From: an uncultured bacterium
GTDB taxonomy: Bacteria > Bacillota_I > Bacilli_A > RF39 > UBA660
Assembly: GCA_945935525.1 (NCBI GenBank)
Contig: CAMERI010000001.1
Span: 227,548-291,547 of the forward strand
DNA length: 64,000 nt
Direction of reading: 5' to 3'
Shown here: in pieces, positions 1 to 9,656 of the stretch
Layout of the letters: each line of letters opens with the position of its first letter
Numbering within the stretch: position 1 is the first letter of the stretch
The notes under the pieces: model-generated
Database searches by the model: none
What the model was told of the DNA's origin: nothing
Seen by the model: only the letters and a program-made list of their open reading frames with translations
Translations under genes and position numbers: made by a program

Positions 1-337
1 TTTGTACTAATGTTTTTCCTTCACCAGTTTTCATCTCAGCAACAGCATTATCATGCATAGCAACTGCAGCTTCAACTTGAACATTATAATGAAACATACC
101 AAGTTGTCTTTTAGTAACTTCACGACATACAGCTATTGCATCAACCATAACATCATCAAGAGTCTCACCTTTAGAAATTCTATTCTTAAATATTTGTGTC
201 ATCTTCTTAAGTTCATCATCACTCATAGAAGCATATTTATTTTTAATAGAACTACTATCTATTTGATTAACAATTCTTCTAATTCTATTTCTATTTTGAA
301 CAGTATAATTACCAAATATCTTATCAGACATACTCAT
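1..337 (-). CDS. secA: Preprotein translocase SecA (or SecA2), N-terminal part; 3' part lies outside the window
   Basis: Minus-strand translation from the ATG at 335-337 gives MSMSDKIFGN...LGMFHYNVQ...AEMKTGEGKTLVQ, which matches the conserved SecA N-terminus (DEAD motor, Walker-A-like 'MKTGEGKT'). It runs off the window edge. It is not in the ORF track because it is partial. Confidence 0.6.
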   Translation of the reverse strand, partial: MSMSDKIFGNYTVQNRNRIRRIVNQIDSSSIKNKYASMSDDELKKMTQIFKNRISKGETLDDVMVDAIAVCREVTKRQLGMFHYNVQVEAAVAMHDNAVAEMKTGEGKTLVQ

Positions 338-407
338 ACTTCATCACCTATTTTCTCATACATTAAATATAACATTTTTAATAAGATTTATCAATTAAAA
401 ACAAATA

Positions 408-914
408 TTAACCTTTAAATTTGCTAATAGTTGTCACTACCATATCAATAAGAAACAAAAAACTAAATATAATTGTAACCAACAAAGGTATTTTCTTTAT
501 AAGATTTAAAGACCAAGGTAAGACTAAATATATAAGTATTATACTACCTACTCCCCAAACTAAACTCATTTCAAGTGATATATATTTTCCAATATGATAT
601 TTATAATTACTATAATCCCAAAATGTAATATGAAATAATTTTTCAATAAGTATTCCACCTAACCATTCAAGTATAGTAAGTACTATCGTTATAACAACAA
701 ATACTATTATAGTTTCTACTACTTTGTTTAGATGTAGACTTTCAAATATTTTATTAGAAAGTAACATTATTATTAAGACTCCAAATCCATATAAAGGAGT
801 CCATGGTCCATAAAGTATTCCACTACTAAAACCAGTTTTAAATATCCATGAACATATAGTTTCAAATAAATAACCAATAATTGAAAAACATAAGAATATA
901 TTAATATAAAACAT
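408..914 (-). CDS. Polytopic membrane protein, DUF1113-like (putative ABC-transporter type IV family)
   Basis: 168 aa and very hydrophobic; the 'GILYGPWTPLYGFG' motif is reminiscent of PF06541-like membrane proteins. Confidence 0.4.
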   Translation of the reverse strand: MFYINIFLCFSIIGYLFETICSWIFKTGFSSGILYGPWTPLYGFGVLIIMLLSNKIFESLHLNKVVETIIVFVVITIVLTILEWLGGILIEKLFHITFWDYSNYKYHIGKYISLEMSLVWGVGSIILIYLVLPWSLNLIKKIPLLVTIIFSFLFLIDMVVTTISKFKG

Positions 915-1048
915 AATTTCACCTCTATTATTTTTCTCAAAAATGAAAATTATATGAAATTATACTTGCATTTTCACAAAAAGAGTGTATAATATAGCCC
1001 TACAAAGCAACATATTTGTTGCTAATAAAATATAGGGGGATTTTGGAA

Positions 1049-2527
1049 ATGAAGAAAGTACTACTTTCATTAGTTGCTTTTCTTATGATTTTTAATACTA
1101 TATCTGCTGAAGAAGTAGAAGTGCTAGAAAATGATAAAGAAGTAACTGAATCAATTTTAGCTATTAATGCTGAAGAAAACACTGCTAATGAAAATACTAC
1201 AAACGAAAACGAAGAAAGTAATCAAGAAGATGATTACAAATGGGCTGCTATTCAACCAGGTAGAACAAAAACAAGTGAAGGACTTATAATTGACTATTCT
1301 TATGAAGGATACTTTAGATCAGCAACTGGTTCTTACTACTTATTCACATTAGTTTATACTATACCAGAAGACTATGAAGAAGAAACACTTGTTATCAATC
1401 CAGATATTTTTGAAGTAATTGCTTGGGGACAAGATGAATCAGGAGCTCCATACATATTACCAAGTTATACTATAAAGGTTAATGTTAAAATCGTTAATAA
1501 ATCAAAGTATAACTATAATTACGATGAAAATTCTTTCGTAATATATCCAAAAAGTGCTGATGAATTAGAAGAAATGGGATTTGAAAGAATCGATAGCGAC
1601 AAAACATCATTTAATGGTGAAGATCTAACTGAATTGCAAAAATTTGCAAGAACAGATAATGCTGCATTAAAAGCATTAGGTTTAAAAAGAAAAGAAATGA
1701 GCAATGAAAATATTGATAAAGTTCTTAAAGAAAAAGGATATAATGGTATTGAAGATTTAGCTAAATATTATTTAGATTTCTTTAATGATTTTTATAAATA
1801 TGGACAAAATGGTAAAGAAAGAGTTACTAAATTATCAGACTTTACTATTACTGAAATCGCACATGGAATCTTTGGTGGATTTGTAACTGGTTATGAGGAA
1901 GAAAATGCTGAATTAATGGCATTACATTTTGATTTCTTATATAACTATGGTATGGGAGTATCTTTAGATGATGAAAAAATTAATGATAGCAATCAACAAG
2001 ATTATGCTCCAGGTGAATACATGAGAAATGAATCTAAGGGAGATACTAAAATTAAAGAAAAAGTTGGAAAACTAGAAAGTGAAACAGAAAAAGATATAGA
2101 TATGAATTTCCATTTTAGTGGACCGCTTTTAAATAATCCATATCAAGGATATAGATTAACAGGAAGTTCTCATTTATCTTATACTGCAGAAAAAGGTAAA
2201 GTTATAGCTAGATACATTGATGTTAAAGGAAATGTATTACATGAAGAAATCATTACAGTTGGTATGGTAAATAAAGCATATCAAACTGGTGCATTAGAAT
2301 TTAATGGATATGAATTAATTGAAACTGAAGGAAAAGAGACAGGATTATATCAAACTGAAGACCAAGTAGTAACATACATCTATGAATTCGTAGATGGCGA
2401 AGGTGGAGATGATACCCCTGAAATACCTAATACTGGTATTAATACTAATAATACATTAGAAATTACTACAGTTCTTAGTATGATCACTTTAGTTGGTGCA
2501 ATCGTTTTAAGAAAAAGATTCAACTAA
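1049..2527 (+). CDS. Cell-wall-anchored surface protein with a C-terminal MucBP-like domain and an IPNTG sorting signal
   Basis: Signal peptide MKKVLLSLVAFLMIFNTISA and an acidic N-region. The C-terminus carries '...VTYIYEF' (MucBP-like), then GGDDTPEIPNTG, a hydrophobic stretch and RKRFN, which is the tripartite layout of a sortase sorting signal. The likely start is the ATG at 1049, after a GGGGG RBS. Confidence 0.65.
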   Translation: MKKVLLSLVAFLMIFNTISAEEVEVLENDKEVTESILAINAEENTANENTTNENEESNQEDDYKWAAIQPGRTKTSEGLIIDYSYEGYFRSATGSYYLFTLVYTIPEDYEEETLVINPDIFEVIAWGQDESGAPYILPSYTIKVNVKIVNKSKYNYNYDENSFVIYPKSADELEEMGFERIDSDKTSFNGEDLTELQKFARTDNAALKALGLKRKEMSNENIDKVLKEKGYNGIEDLAKYYLDFFNDFYKYGQNGKERVTKLSDFTITEIAHGIFGGFVTGYEEENAELMALHFDFLYNYGMGVSLDDEKINDSNQQDYAPGEYMRNESKGDTKIKEKVGKLESETEKDIDMNFHFSGPLLNNPYQGYRLTGSSHLSYTAEKGKVIARYIDVKGNVLHEEIITVGMVNKAYQTGALEFNGYELIETEGKETGLYQTEDQVVTYIYEFVDGEGGDDTPEIPNTGINTNNTLEITTVLSMITLVGAIVLRKRFN

Positions 2528-2530
2528 CAC

Positions 2531-2566
2531 ATAAAAATTACAGTATAAATTTTATACTGTTTTTTT
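2531..2566 (+). terminator. Rho-independent terminator (hairpin acagtataaa/tttatactgt followed by a T-run)
   Basis: Perfect inverted repeat followed by T7; an identical 35-bp copy sits at 4479-4512. Confidence 0.6.
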
Positions 2567-2716
2567 ATGGAAAATATCAATTTTGATGCAAAACATCTTG
2601 AAAAAATTTAATTTTATGATATAATATGGACTCGATAAGCGATAAGGGGGTTTTGGGAACAGTTTATACTACTCTTCCCTTAACAAATCGCATATATTTT
2701 AAGGGAGGTTTTTTAA

Positions 2717-4477
2717 ATGAAGAAAGTATTACTTTCTTTAGTTGCATCTACTCTACTTTTTAATACTATCTATGCAGAAGAAATAAAAAGTACTGAAGAA
2801 GTAACTCAAAATGAAATGGTTTTAACTTCTAGTCCAGAAGATGTTAAAACTTACGTAGCTCAAATCAAAGACGTAAAATACGAAACATTTGATGAAGCAG
2901 TAACTGCAGCAGTTGATGGTGATACAATTAAATTACTTGATAATGCAACCACAAAAGGTTTAAATTTATCTAAAAATTTAACAATTGATGGTTCAAAAGA
3001 ATATACTCTTACATTTGAAGATAAAGGAATTGCTTTATGGGGAGTATCTTTAACTTTTAAAGATGTAACAGTAAATATTAAAGGAATAGGTTCAACTCCT
3101 TATACAGCAGAATGGAATTGGATGACAATCAGTGCTTCAAAAAATGCAGCCTTAAACTTAGAAAATGCAAAACTTACATTAGATGGTACAGGAACAAAAA
3201 GTAATGTTCATGCTATTTATTTTTGCAGTAATAATAAGTTAAATCTAAATAATTCTACTTTAATCATTAAAAACTATACACAAGATGCATTAGAGTGGGA
3301 TGGTGGAGATGGCGGATATAATGTTAATTTAGTTAATTCAACATATATATCTGACAACAATCGTCAAGGATTTACAGGTACATTCTATACAACTATAGAT
3401 AATAGTACTGTAGAAGTACTTAATAGTAGCGCAAGTGGATCAAATGGAACATACTACACTATTAAAAATAATAGTAAAGTAACATTTGAAAATAATAGTT
3501 CTTGGGGAATCTCAGCATGGAGAATCGACATGACAAACAACTCTACACTAAATGCTAATAACAATGGATATAGTGGTATCTGGACAAGAGTTTTAAATGT
3601 AGATAAATCATGTACTTTAATAGTAAATAAAAATGGAACAAAAGCACCTAGTTCATCAAATAATGCAGGTATTTTCTTCCAAGGAAATAAAAGTTTTACA
3701 AGTACTATAGAAGAAGGTGCTAAAGTAGAAATTAAAAATAATGCTGGTTCTGGAATCTATACTAAACAATCAGTCGGAAACTTAACAATATTATCAGGTG
3801 ACATTACTAATAATGGTACTGGTAGTGTAAATGAAAACAATGTAGGAGCAGACTTCGGTGGTGGCATTTACAATGTAGGTACATTAGTTATTGGTAACAA
3901 AGTAAATATTTATAACAATCATGCAAGTAAAGCTGCAGATGATATTTATAATAAAGCAGGATCTAAAATAGAATTCAAAGATACTAAAAAAGATTGGATC
4001 TTAGATGACTGTAATGATAAAATTGATGGTTGGTACGATGACAATGAAAAAACAAGATGGAATGCTCATGATAAAGAAAATAAATATGTAGAAGAGGTAG
4101 AAGCTAATACATATGAAACAGAATTAACAATCAAAGCAGCTCACGGAGTATATGGAAAACTAATCGTAAGATACGTAGACAATAAAGGAAACGTATTAAG
4201 CGAAGAATCAACTTATTCTGAAAAGGTTGGAACTGAATATGCCACAACAGAAAAAGAATTCGAAGACTATAGTTTAATTGACGTAAATGGTGAAACTAAA
4301 GGTAAATATATTGATGGTACTATCGTAGTAACTTATATTTATGAATTTACTAGTGGTATGGGTGGAGATGATGTACCAGCTACTGGAATTACTTCATCTA
4401 ATACTTTAGAAGTAACTACAATACTTAGTATGATTTTTCTAATTACAACTATAATAATTAGAAAAAGATTTAACTAA
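2717..4477 (+). CDS. Cell-wall-anchored beta-helix-like adhesin with a MucBP-like domain and a VPATG sorting signal
   Basis: Signal peptide, then Asn/Thr/Gly-rich repeats of the Pmp/right-handed beta-helix type ('FGGGIYNVGTLVIGN'), then MucBP-like 'VTYIYEF', then GGDDVPATG, a hydrophobic stretch and RKRFN. It is a paralogue of the preceding gene at its ends. Confidence 0.65.
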   Translation: MKKVLLSLVASTLLFNTIYAEEIKSTEEVTQNEMVLTSSPEDVKTYVAQIKDVKYETFDEAVTAAVDGDTIKLLDNATTKGLNLSKNLTIDGSKEYTLTFEDKGIALWGVSLTFKDVTVNIKGIGSTPYTAEWNWMTISASKNAALNLENAKLTLDGTGTKSNVHAIYFCSNNKLNLNNSTLIIKNYTQDALEWDGGDGGYNVNLVNSTYISDNNRQGFTGTFYTTIDNSTVEVLNSSASGSNGTYYTIKNNSKVTFENNSSWGISAWRIDMTNNSTLNANNNGYSGIWTRVLNVDKSCTLIVNKNGTKAPSSSNNAGIFFQGNKSFTSTIEEGAKVEIKNNAGSGIYTKQSVGNLTILSGDITNNGTGSVNENNVGADFGGGIYNVGTLVIGNKVNIYNNHASKAADDIYNKAGSKIEFKDTKKDWILDDCNDKIDGWYDDNEKTRWNAHDKENKYVEEVEANTYETELTIKAAHGVYGKLIVRYVDNKGNVLSEESTYSEKVGTEYATTEKEFEDYSLIDVNGETKGKYIDGTIVVTYIYEFTSGMGGDDVPATGITSSNTLEVTTILSMIFLITTIIIRKRFN

Positions 4478-4478
4478 T

Positions 4479-4512
4479 AAAATTACAGTATAAATTTTAT
4501 ACTGTTTTTTTA
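4479..4512 (+). terminator. Rho-independent terminator (second copy of the 2531-2566 hairpin)
   Basis: Identical 35-bp sequence aaaattacagtataaattttatactgtttttttat. Confidence 0.6.
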
Positions 4513-4539
4513 TATATAAAAATAGTAGTCAACAAACTA

Positions 4540-5595
4540 CTATTTTCTTTCAATCTCTTTTCCAACAATAACCAATAATTTGTCATGATATCTACCAAAT
4601 ATGCATGTTTGAAGTACCATTATTTTATCATCTTTATTTACATCAACATCTATTTTATATTTGCTTCTTCTTTTAAGTCTTTGATAATGTTTTAACCAGT
4701 CACTATCTTTCTTATAACTAAATTGCATATGTTCTTCAGCGTCTTCTTTATCAGCAATAATAACACTAAATATTTCATACTTACGAGTTTCATCATTAAC
4801 CATAAATTCAAAATACTTATGTTCTTCATAATAATCTTTATTTAAGTATTCCTCTAATACTTTAAATGGAGGATCAAACTTAGTACTATTGTGTCCATAT
4901 ACATTTATTTGTCTGCTAGTAGTATTATTTCTATAATCAATGAAAACACTACCTATTACACTTTTCTTTTTAGTAACAGCATGCTTTAAATAATAGCTAT
5001 TGTCTTTACCCTTAACTACTGGAATACTAACATCAAGTCCATCAATACTAAGTATACCCTTAATATCATCATTATCATATTTACTTCTAAGTTCATTAAT
5101 ATAATCTTTAACAGTCTTATCATCAACTATTTCAATATCTTTAGTAATAACAGTTTCTTCAAGTTCCTTGATAGTTTCATTATCTTCTTTTCTCTTAAAA
5201 TATAATAATACTAAACATACACAAACAACACCTATAAACACATATATAATAATATCAAGTATTGTTTTAGTTTTCTTATTATCTTTCTTTTCTTCTGCCT
5301 TTACTACTTCTTCTTTTTTAGGAACTTCCTTCTTAACTATCTTTTTCTTTGTCCCTGTACTTTTATTTTTATTACTAGTAGTTTTTTTAACACTAGTACT
5401 TTTATTTTTAGTACTAGTAGTTTTTCTCTTAGTATTATTTGTTTTCTTAGGAGTACTTTTTTTAGTACTTGCTTTTACATTACTACTTTTAGTACTATCC
5501 TTTTTACTTGTACTAGTTTTCTTTTTAGTACTAGTGGTTTTCTTAGTACTACTAGTCTTTCTTTTAACAGTAGTTTTCTTCTTTTCTTCATCCAT
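4540..5595 (-). CDS. srtB: Class B sortase-family transpeptidase with a roughly 110-aa Lys/Thr/Ser-rich N-terminal cytoplasmic extension
   Basis: After a TM segment (ILDIIIYVFIGVVCVCLVLLYF) the sequence reads 'YYLKHAV...VFIDYRNN...NVYGHN' and 'MVLQTCIFGR'. These parallel the second sortase at 31161-31982 ('YYLTHSF...LFLDYRNN...IIYAHGRN', 'LTLSTCYSK') and the SrtB His/TLxTC-Cys motifs. The N-terminal 110 aa are low-complexity K/T/S repeats. Confidence 0.6.
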   Translation of the reverse strand: MDEEKKKTTVKRKTSSTKKTTSTKKKTSTSKKDSTKSSNVKASTKKSTPKKTNNTKRKTTSTKNKSTSVKKTTSNKNKSTGTKKKIVKKEVPKKEEVVKAEEKKDNKKTKTILDIIIYVFIGVVCVCLVLLYFKRKEDNETIKELEETVITKDIEIVDDKTVKDYINELRSKYDNDDIKGILSIDGLDVSIPVVKGKDNSYYLKHAVTKKKSVIGSVFIDYRNNTTSRQINVYGHNSTKFDPPFKVLEEYLNKDYYEEHKYFEFMVNDETRKYEIFSVIIADKEDAEEHMQFSYKKDSDWLKHYQRLKRRSKYKIDVDVNKDDKIMVLQTCIFGRYHDKLLVIVGKEIERK

Positions 5596-5605
5596 ACTTT
5601 TTCAC

Positions 5606-8509
5606 CTAACCCAAATTAATCATATTATACACTATTAATTGATAAGTGTTATCTTTTTTTTCAACTTTAGCATTAATTTTATATACATAATTCTTTTTAA
5701 CTTCACCAATCTTCTTATATGCATCAGGAAAAACAACACCTTCAACACTTCTATATTCATCACTTAACTTAACAAAAGACATCTTATCTCCATTCTTAGT
5801 CTTAATAGTTTTAACACTTTCTACATATAAAACACAAGATATAACTTTATCAAAATATTTAATAAAATCTTTAAGAGTTATTGAGTTACTTCTATCAAAC
5901 TTAGTAACCGGATGAAATGATAAATAAAATCCATAATTAATTATTTCATTATCTATTATTTCCTTATCTGTATAGTCTTCCATATCTTCAAGTATAGGTT
6001 TTTCATCAATAACCATATTTAAGTCTTTACACAAAGTTACATAATTGAGTACTTCATCAAAACTTTTTATCAAACTTTTTTTATTAATATTAAATACATC
6101 AAAAGCTCCACACTCTATTAAAGCAATAACCACTCTTTTATTAACGCTTTTACCATAACACCTAATCATAAAGTCATAAAAATCTTTAAATAATCCTTTA
6201 CATCTTTCATTTTCAATCTCTTCACTTACCGTAGATGCTATACTTTTAATTATAGTAAATGGTATTACTAGCTTTTTATCATTAATAATAAACTCTTTGC
6301 AAGAACTATTTATATTAATTGGTAAAAATTCTATTCCTAGTAACTTGCTTTCATCTATATATTCTTTAATGCTTTCACTACTTTTATTCATATTAAGTAA
6401 ATTTTTCATGAAGTATAAAGTATAATTTATTTTTAAATATGCCATTTGAAATGCCACTACTGAATATACTACTGAGTGTGATTTATTAAATCCATAAGAA
6501 GAGAATTTAATAATTAACTCGTATAACTCTTCTCCAACCTCTCTAGTGTGTCCATGAGAAACAACTCCATTAATAAATTTATCTTTATTTGATGCTATAA
6601 CACTCTCTTTCTTCTTAGACATAGCTCTTCTTATTATATCTGCTTCAGCATAACTATATCCACCAATACTTCTAAGAATCTCTAATACTTGTTCTTGATA
6701 TATTATAATTCCATAAGTACTCTTAAGTATTGGTTCAAGTTCAGGTATTAAGTATGTTACTTTCTCAAGACCTTTTTTTCTTTTAATATAAGTGGGTATC
6801 ATCTCACGAGGACCTGGTCTATATAAAGCTATCGCATCTACTAAAGTGTGAAATGAATCAACCTCTAATTCTTTTAAGAATGCTTTCATACCACTACTTT
6901 CAAATTGAAATACACCAGTAGTATAAGCTTTACTAAATAAATAAAGAGTTCTCTTATCATTTAAATCTATATTATTTATATCTATATTTATTCCACTACT
7001 TCTTATATCATCTATTATATTAGATATTGTATTTAAGTTTTTAATTGATAAAAAGTCCATTTTTAATAAACCAAGACTTTCTATATATTCCATAGAATAA
7101 CCAGTTAAAACAGTATCCCCTACTTTATATAAAGGCATAATACTATCAAGTTCTATATCACTTATAACAACACCAGCTGCATGCATACTGGTATTCTTCT
7201 TTAAGCCACATAACTTATCACATACTTTTACTAAATACATAGCATCTTTATTTCTTCTAACTATATTATTAAATTCAAAATTATTTTTAAGTTCATCAAA
7301 TGTCTTTTCATCTTTTATAGTTCTACAGATATTATCAACTAATATTTGGTTTAATTCCATTACTCTAGATACATCTCTTATAACTTGTTTAGGAAGCAAT
7401 GTATTAAATGATATTATTCTAGCCGTATTCTTGTGTCCATATTTATCACTAACGTATTTAATTACTTCTTCACGTTTCAAACTATCAAAATCTATATCTA
7501 TATCAGGCATAGTAACTCTATCAGGATTTAAGAATCTTTCAAATATTAAGTTATATTTTAATGGGTCTACATTTATAATTCCAAGACTATAGTTTACTAA
7601 AGATGCAGCACCACTTCCCCTTCCAGGACCAACTAAAATATTATTTCTTTTTGCAAATAATACAAAATCATACACTATTAAAAAGTAATCTACAAAGTTC
7701 ATCTTTTCAATAACAGAAAGTTCATACATAAGTCTGTTTTTATATACTTCTGGTACATCACCATTAAGTCTCTTCTCTAATCCCTTTTTAGCAAGAGCAA
7801 ATAAGAACTTTTTTGAGTCTTCTCTATACACTGGTATATGCAACCTAACAGGAGGCATTTCAATATTAATAAGATTTGCAAAATCAAAAGTACTCTTAGT
7901 ATATTCTTTTCCTATATTATTTTTAAAACCACTCTCATATACATTAATCTTTTCTTTAAATACTTTTCCCTCATCTATATATCTAATATATTTAAAATAT
8001 TCTATATCATCAGGTTCAAAATATCTAATCAAATCCATATATACTATATTCTTTGTAAGTTTTAATGCTTCCTCTTTAGTTTTTTCGTTATGAAATTTTA
8101 AATAACAATCTTTAAAATATTTAGATACTACCTCATAATGTCTTATGCTTGTTACTACTATTAAATTAGATATATATTTTTCTACATCTTCAAATGTTAT
8201 AACACCATCTATATTCTTTTTAGAAACTAATTTGAATAACGAAACTAAACCATCATAGTTTCTAGCATATAAAACGACATATGCATCTTCTATAATAAGT
8301 TCACATCCAACTATAGGTTTAATACCACATAAATTACATTTAGTTATAAATTCCATAGTACCAAACATAGATGAATCTGTTATTCCAAGTGCTTTAACAT
8401 CTCTACTTTCAGCATATAAAAGCAAATCATCTATTTTAATTAGACTATTCATTAAATCATATTCAGTTTTAATATTAAGTGGTATATAATTCATAACATT
8501 TCCTTTCAT
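5606..8509 (-). CDS. dnaE: DNA polymerase III alpha subunit (DnaE-type)
   Basis: N-terminal PHP domain, the 'GRGSGAASLVNYSLGI' polymerase core motif, a C-terminal OB fold; 967 aa. Confidence 0.85.
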   Translation of the reverse strand: MKGNVMNYIPLNIKTEYDLMNSLIKIDDLLLYAESRDVKALGITDSSMFGTMEFITKCNLCGIKPIVGCELIIEDAYVVLYARNYDGLVSLFKLVSKKNIDGVITFEDVEKYISNLIVVTSIRHYEVVSKYFKDCYLKFHNEKTKEEALKLTKNIVYMDLIRYFEPDDIEYFKYIRYIDEGKVFKEKINVYESGFKNNIGKEYTKSTFDFANLINIEMPPVRLHIPVYREDSKKFLFALAKKGLEKRLNGDVPEVYKNRLMYELSVIEKMNFVDYFLIVYDFVLFAKRNNILVGPGRGSGAASLVNYSLGIINVDPLKYNLIFERFLNPDRVTMPDIDIDFDSLKREEVIKYVSDKYGHKNTARIISFNTLLPKQVIRDVSRVMELNQILVDNICRTIKDEKTFDELKNNFEFNNIVRRNKDAMYLVKVCDKLCGLKKNTSMHAAGVVISDIELDSIMPLYKVGDTVLTGYSMEYIESLGLLKMDFLSIKNLNTISNIIDDIRSSGINIDINNIDLNDKRTLYLFSKAYTTGVFQFESSGMKAFLKELEVDSFHTLVDAIALYRPGPREMIPTYIKRKKGLEKVTYLIPELEPILKSTYGIIIYQEQVLEILRSIGGYSYAEADIIRRAMSKKKESVIASNKDKFINGVVSHGHTREVGEELYELIIKFSSYGFNKSHSVVYSVVAFQMAYLKINYTLYFMKNLLNMNKSSESIKEYIDESKLLGIEFLPININSSCKEFIINDKKLVIPFTIIKSIASTVSEEIENERCKGLFKDFYDFMIRCYGKSVNKRVVIALIECGAFDVFNINKKSLIKSFDEVLNYVTLCKDLNMVIDEKPILEDMEDYTDKEIIDNEIINYGFYLSFHPVTKFDRSNSITLKDFIKYFDKVISCVLYVESVKTIKTKNGDKMSFVKLSDEYRSVEGVVFPDAYKKIGEVKKNYVYKINAKVEKKDNTYQLIVYNMINLG

Positions 8510-9063
8510 ATATATTCTATCATAATTAAAAGGTTCTTACGAACCTTTTTTCTCATTTGTTAAATTAATTAGTTTAAGTGTAAAATAATATATTTTTTAA
8601 ATTTACTTAAAATTGAATTTTATATATCAAAACATATTTGATAATTAAATTTTTGTATAAAGAAAAATGTAATTATCACCATGAAAAACTATCTCAGAAT
8701 TAAATTTTGCCTATTTGAATTGCTTTTTTATATATGATACTCTACATGCCGAAGTACCTGGGGTTACGTATCGCCAAAGCATGTTTCTCTCTTCAGGGGG
8801 CGCGAACATTTGTTCTAGAATTATGCTAAATTTGCTAAACATAAAGCAAAGAAAATTATTACCTAATTGTAATGCTAAAATCCTTATTTTATCGTATATA
8901 AAGACCTATTTTGTACCCTTCAGTTTGTGTTATTTTTTATTCATAGAATTGTTCGCTTTTTGCTTACTATGATTATTTAGGTACACATAATTAAGTCCTA
9001 AACTCTTGACTTTTATCTATTAATAAGTAACTAATACAATACCTTTTGAAAGGAGGTATTTTG

Positions 9064-9324
9064 ATGAAAGCAAAAGAAATATTAGAACTTATTGCATCAC
9101 CCTGGTGCTATAATCAAGACATTATGAAAATTGCTAATCTATCAGCTTCTACTGCTAGTAAGGTTAAACGAACTATTGAGATGGATTTTAGAAAAAAGAA
9201 TCCTACTAAGTTTATGCCTTCACATTGTGTACCAACAAAAGAAGTAATTAAATACTTTGATCTGGATGTAGAGTTTTTAAAGAGTATAGCTAATATCAAA
9301 ACTAATGAGGATACTAATGAATAA
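9064..9324 (+). CDS. Small HTH protein, possibly Xis/excisionase-like
   Basis: AGGAGG RBS. The pattern 'IMKIANLSASTASKVKRTI...VPTKEVIKYF' resembles the Tn916 Xis-like HTH. It is the first gene of an accessory block. Confidence 0.3.
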   Translation: MKAKEILELIASPWCYNQDIMKIANLSASTASKVKRTIEMDFRKKNPTKFMPSHCVPTKEVIKYFDLDVEFLKSIANIKTNEDTNE

Positions 9325-9643
9325 ATATGTTATTGCACATGTTCATGATGAATTTAAATTATACCTAGCTGATTTCTTTACTAAACCTTTAGGTTCTGGA
9401 GCTATACTAACATGTGATATAGATATCTTAAAAGCTAAAATATATAATTCATATAAAATGGCTAAAAGTGATTTATATTTCATTGGTGATCCTAGTCTTA
9501 GAGTATTACCTATTTGTCCTATATATGATAAAGTTTATGAAACCCATCCAGCTACATCTAGAAAAGATAACAAAACTAAAATATGTCCTTCATGCGGTAC
9601 ACGTGAAGCATTAGAAATATTCCAAACTAAAAGAGCCGATTAA
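9317..9643 (+). CDS. Hypothetical protein with a C-terminal Cys pair (CP...CPSCG, zinc-ribbon-like)
   Basis: ORF with a start context; there is no recognisable family. Confidence 0.3.
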   Translation: MNKYVIAHVHDEFKLYLADFFTKPLGSGAILTCDIDILKAKIYNSYKMAKSDLYFIGDPSLRVLPICPIYDKVYETHPATSRKDNKTKICPSCGTREALEIFQTKRAD

Positions 9644-9656
9644 TTCGACTCTGTTT

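Noticed and set aside
53-418. 121-aa plus-strand ORF
   Set aside because: It lies antisense to the well-supported SecA N-terminus and has low-complexity codon usage, so it is spurious.
5168-5638. 156-aa hydrophobic plus-strand ORF
   Set aside because: It is antisense to the sortase low-complexity K/T/S tail and is an artefact of repetitive AT-rich DNA.
7838-8065. 75-aa ORF inside dnaE on the opposite strand
   Set aside because: It overlaps a strongly supported dnaE CDS and has no RBS.
8715-8972. 85-aa ORF in the dnaE upstream intergenic region
   Set aside because: It has no RBS and odd composition, so the region is more likely non-coding or regulatory. See the GC-rich patch finding.
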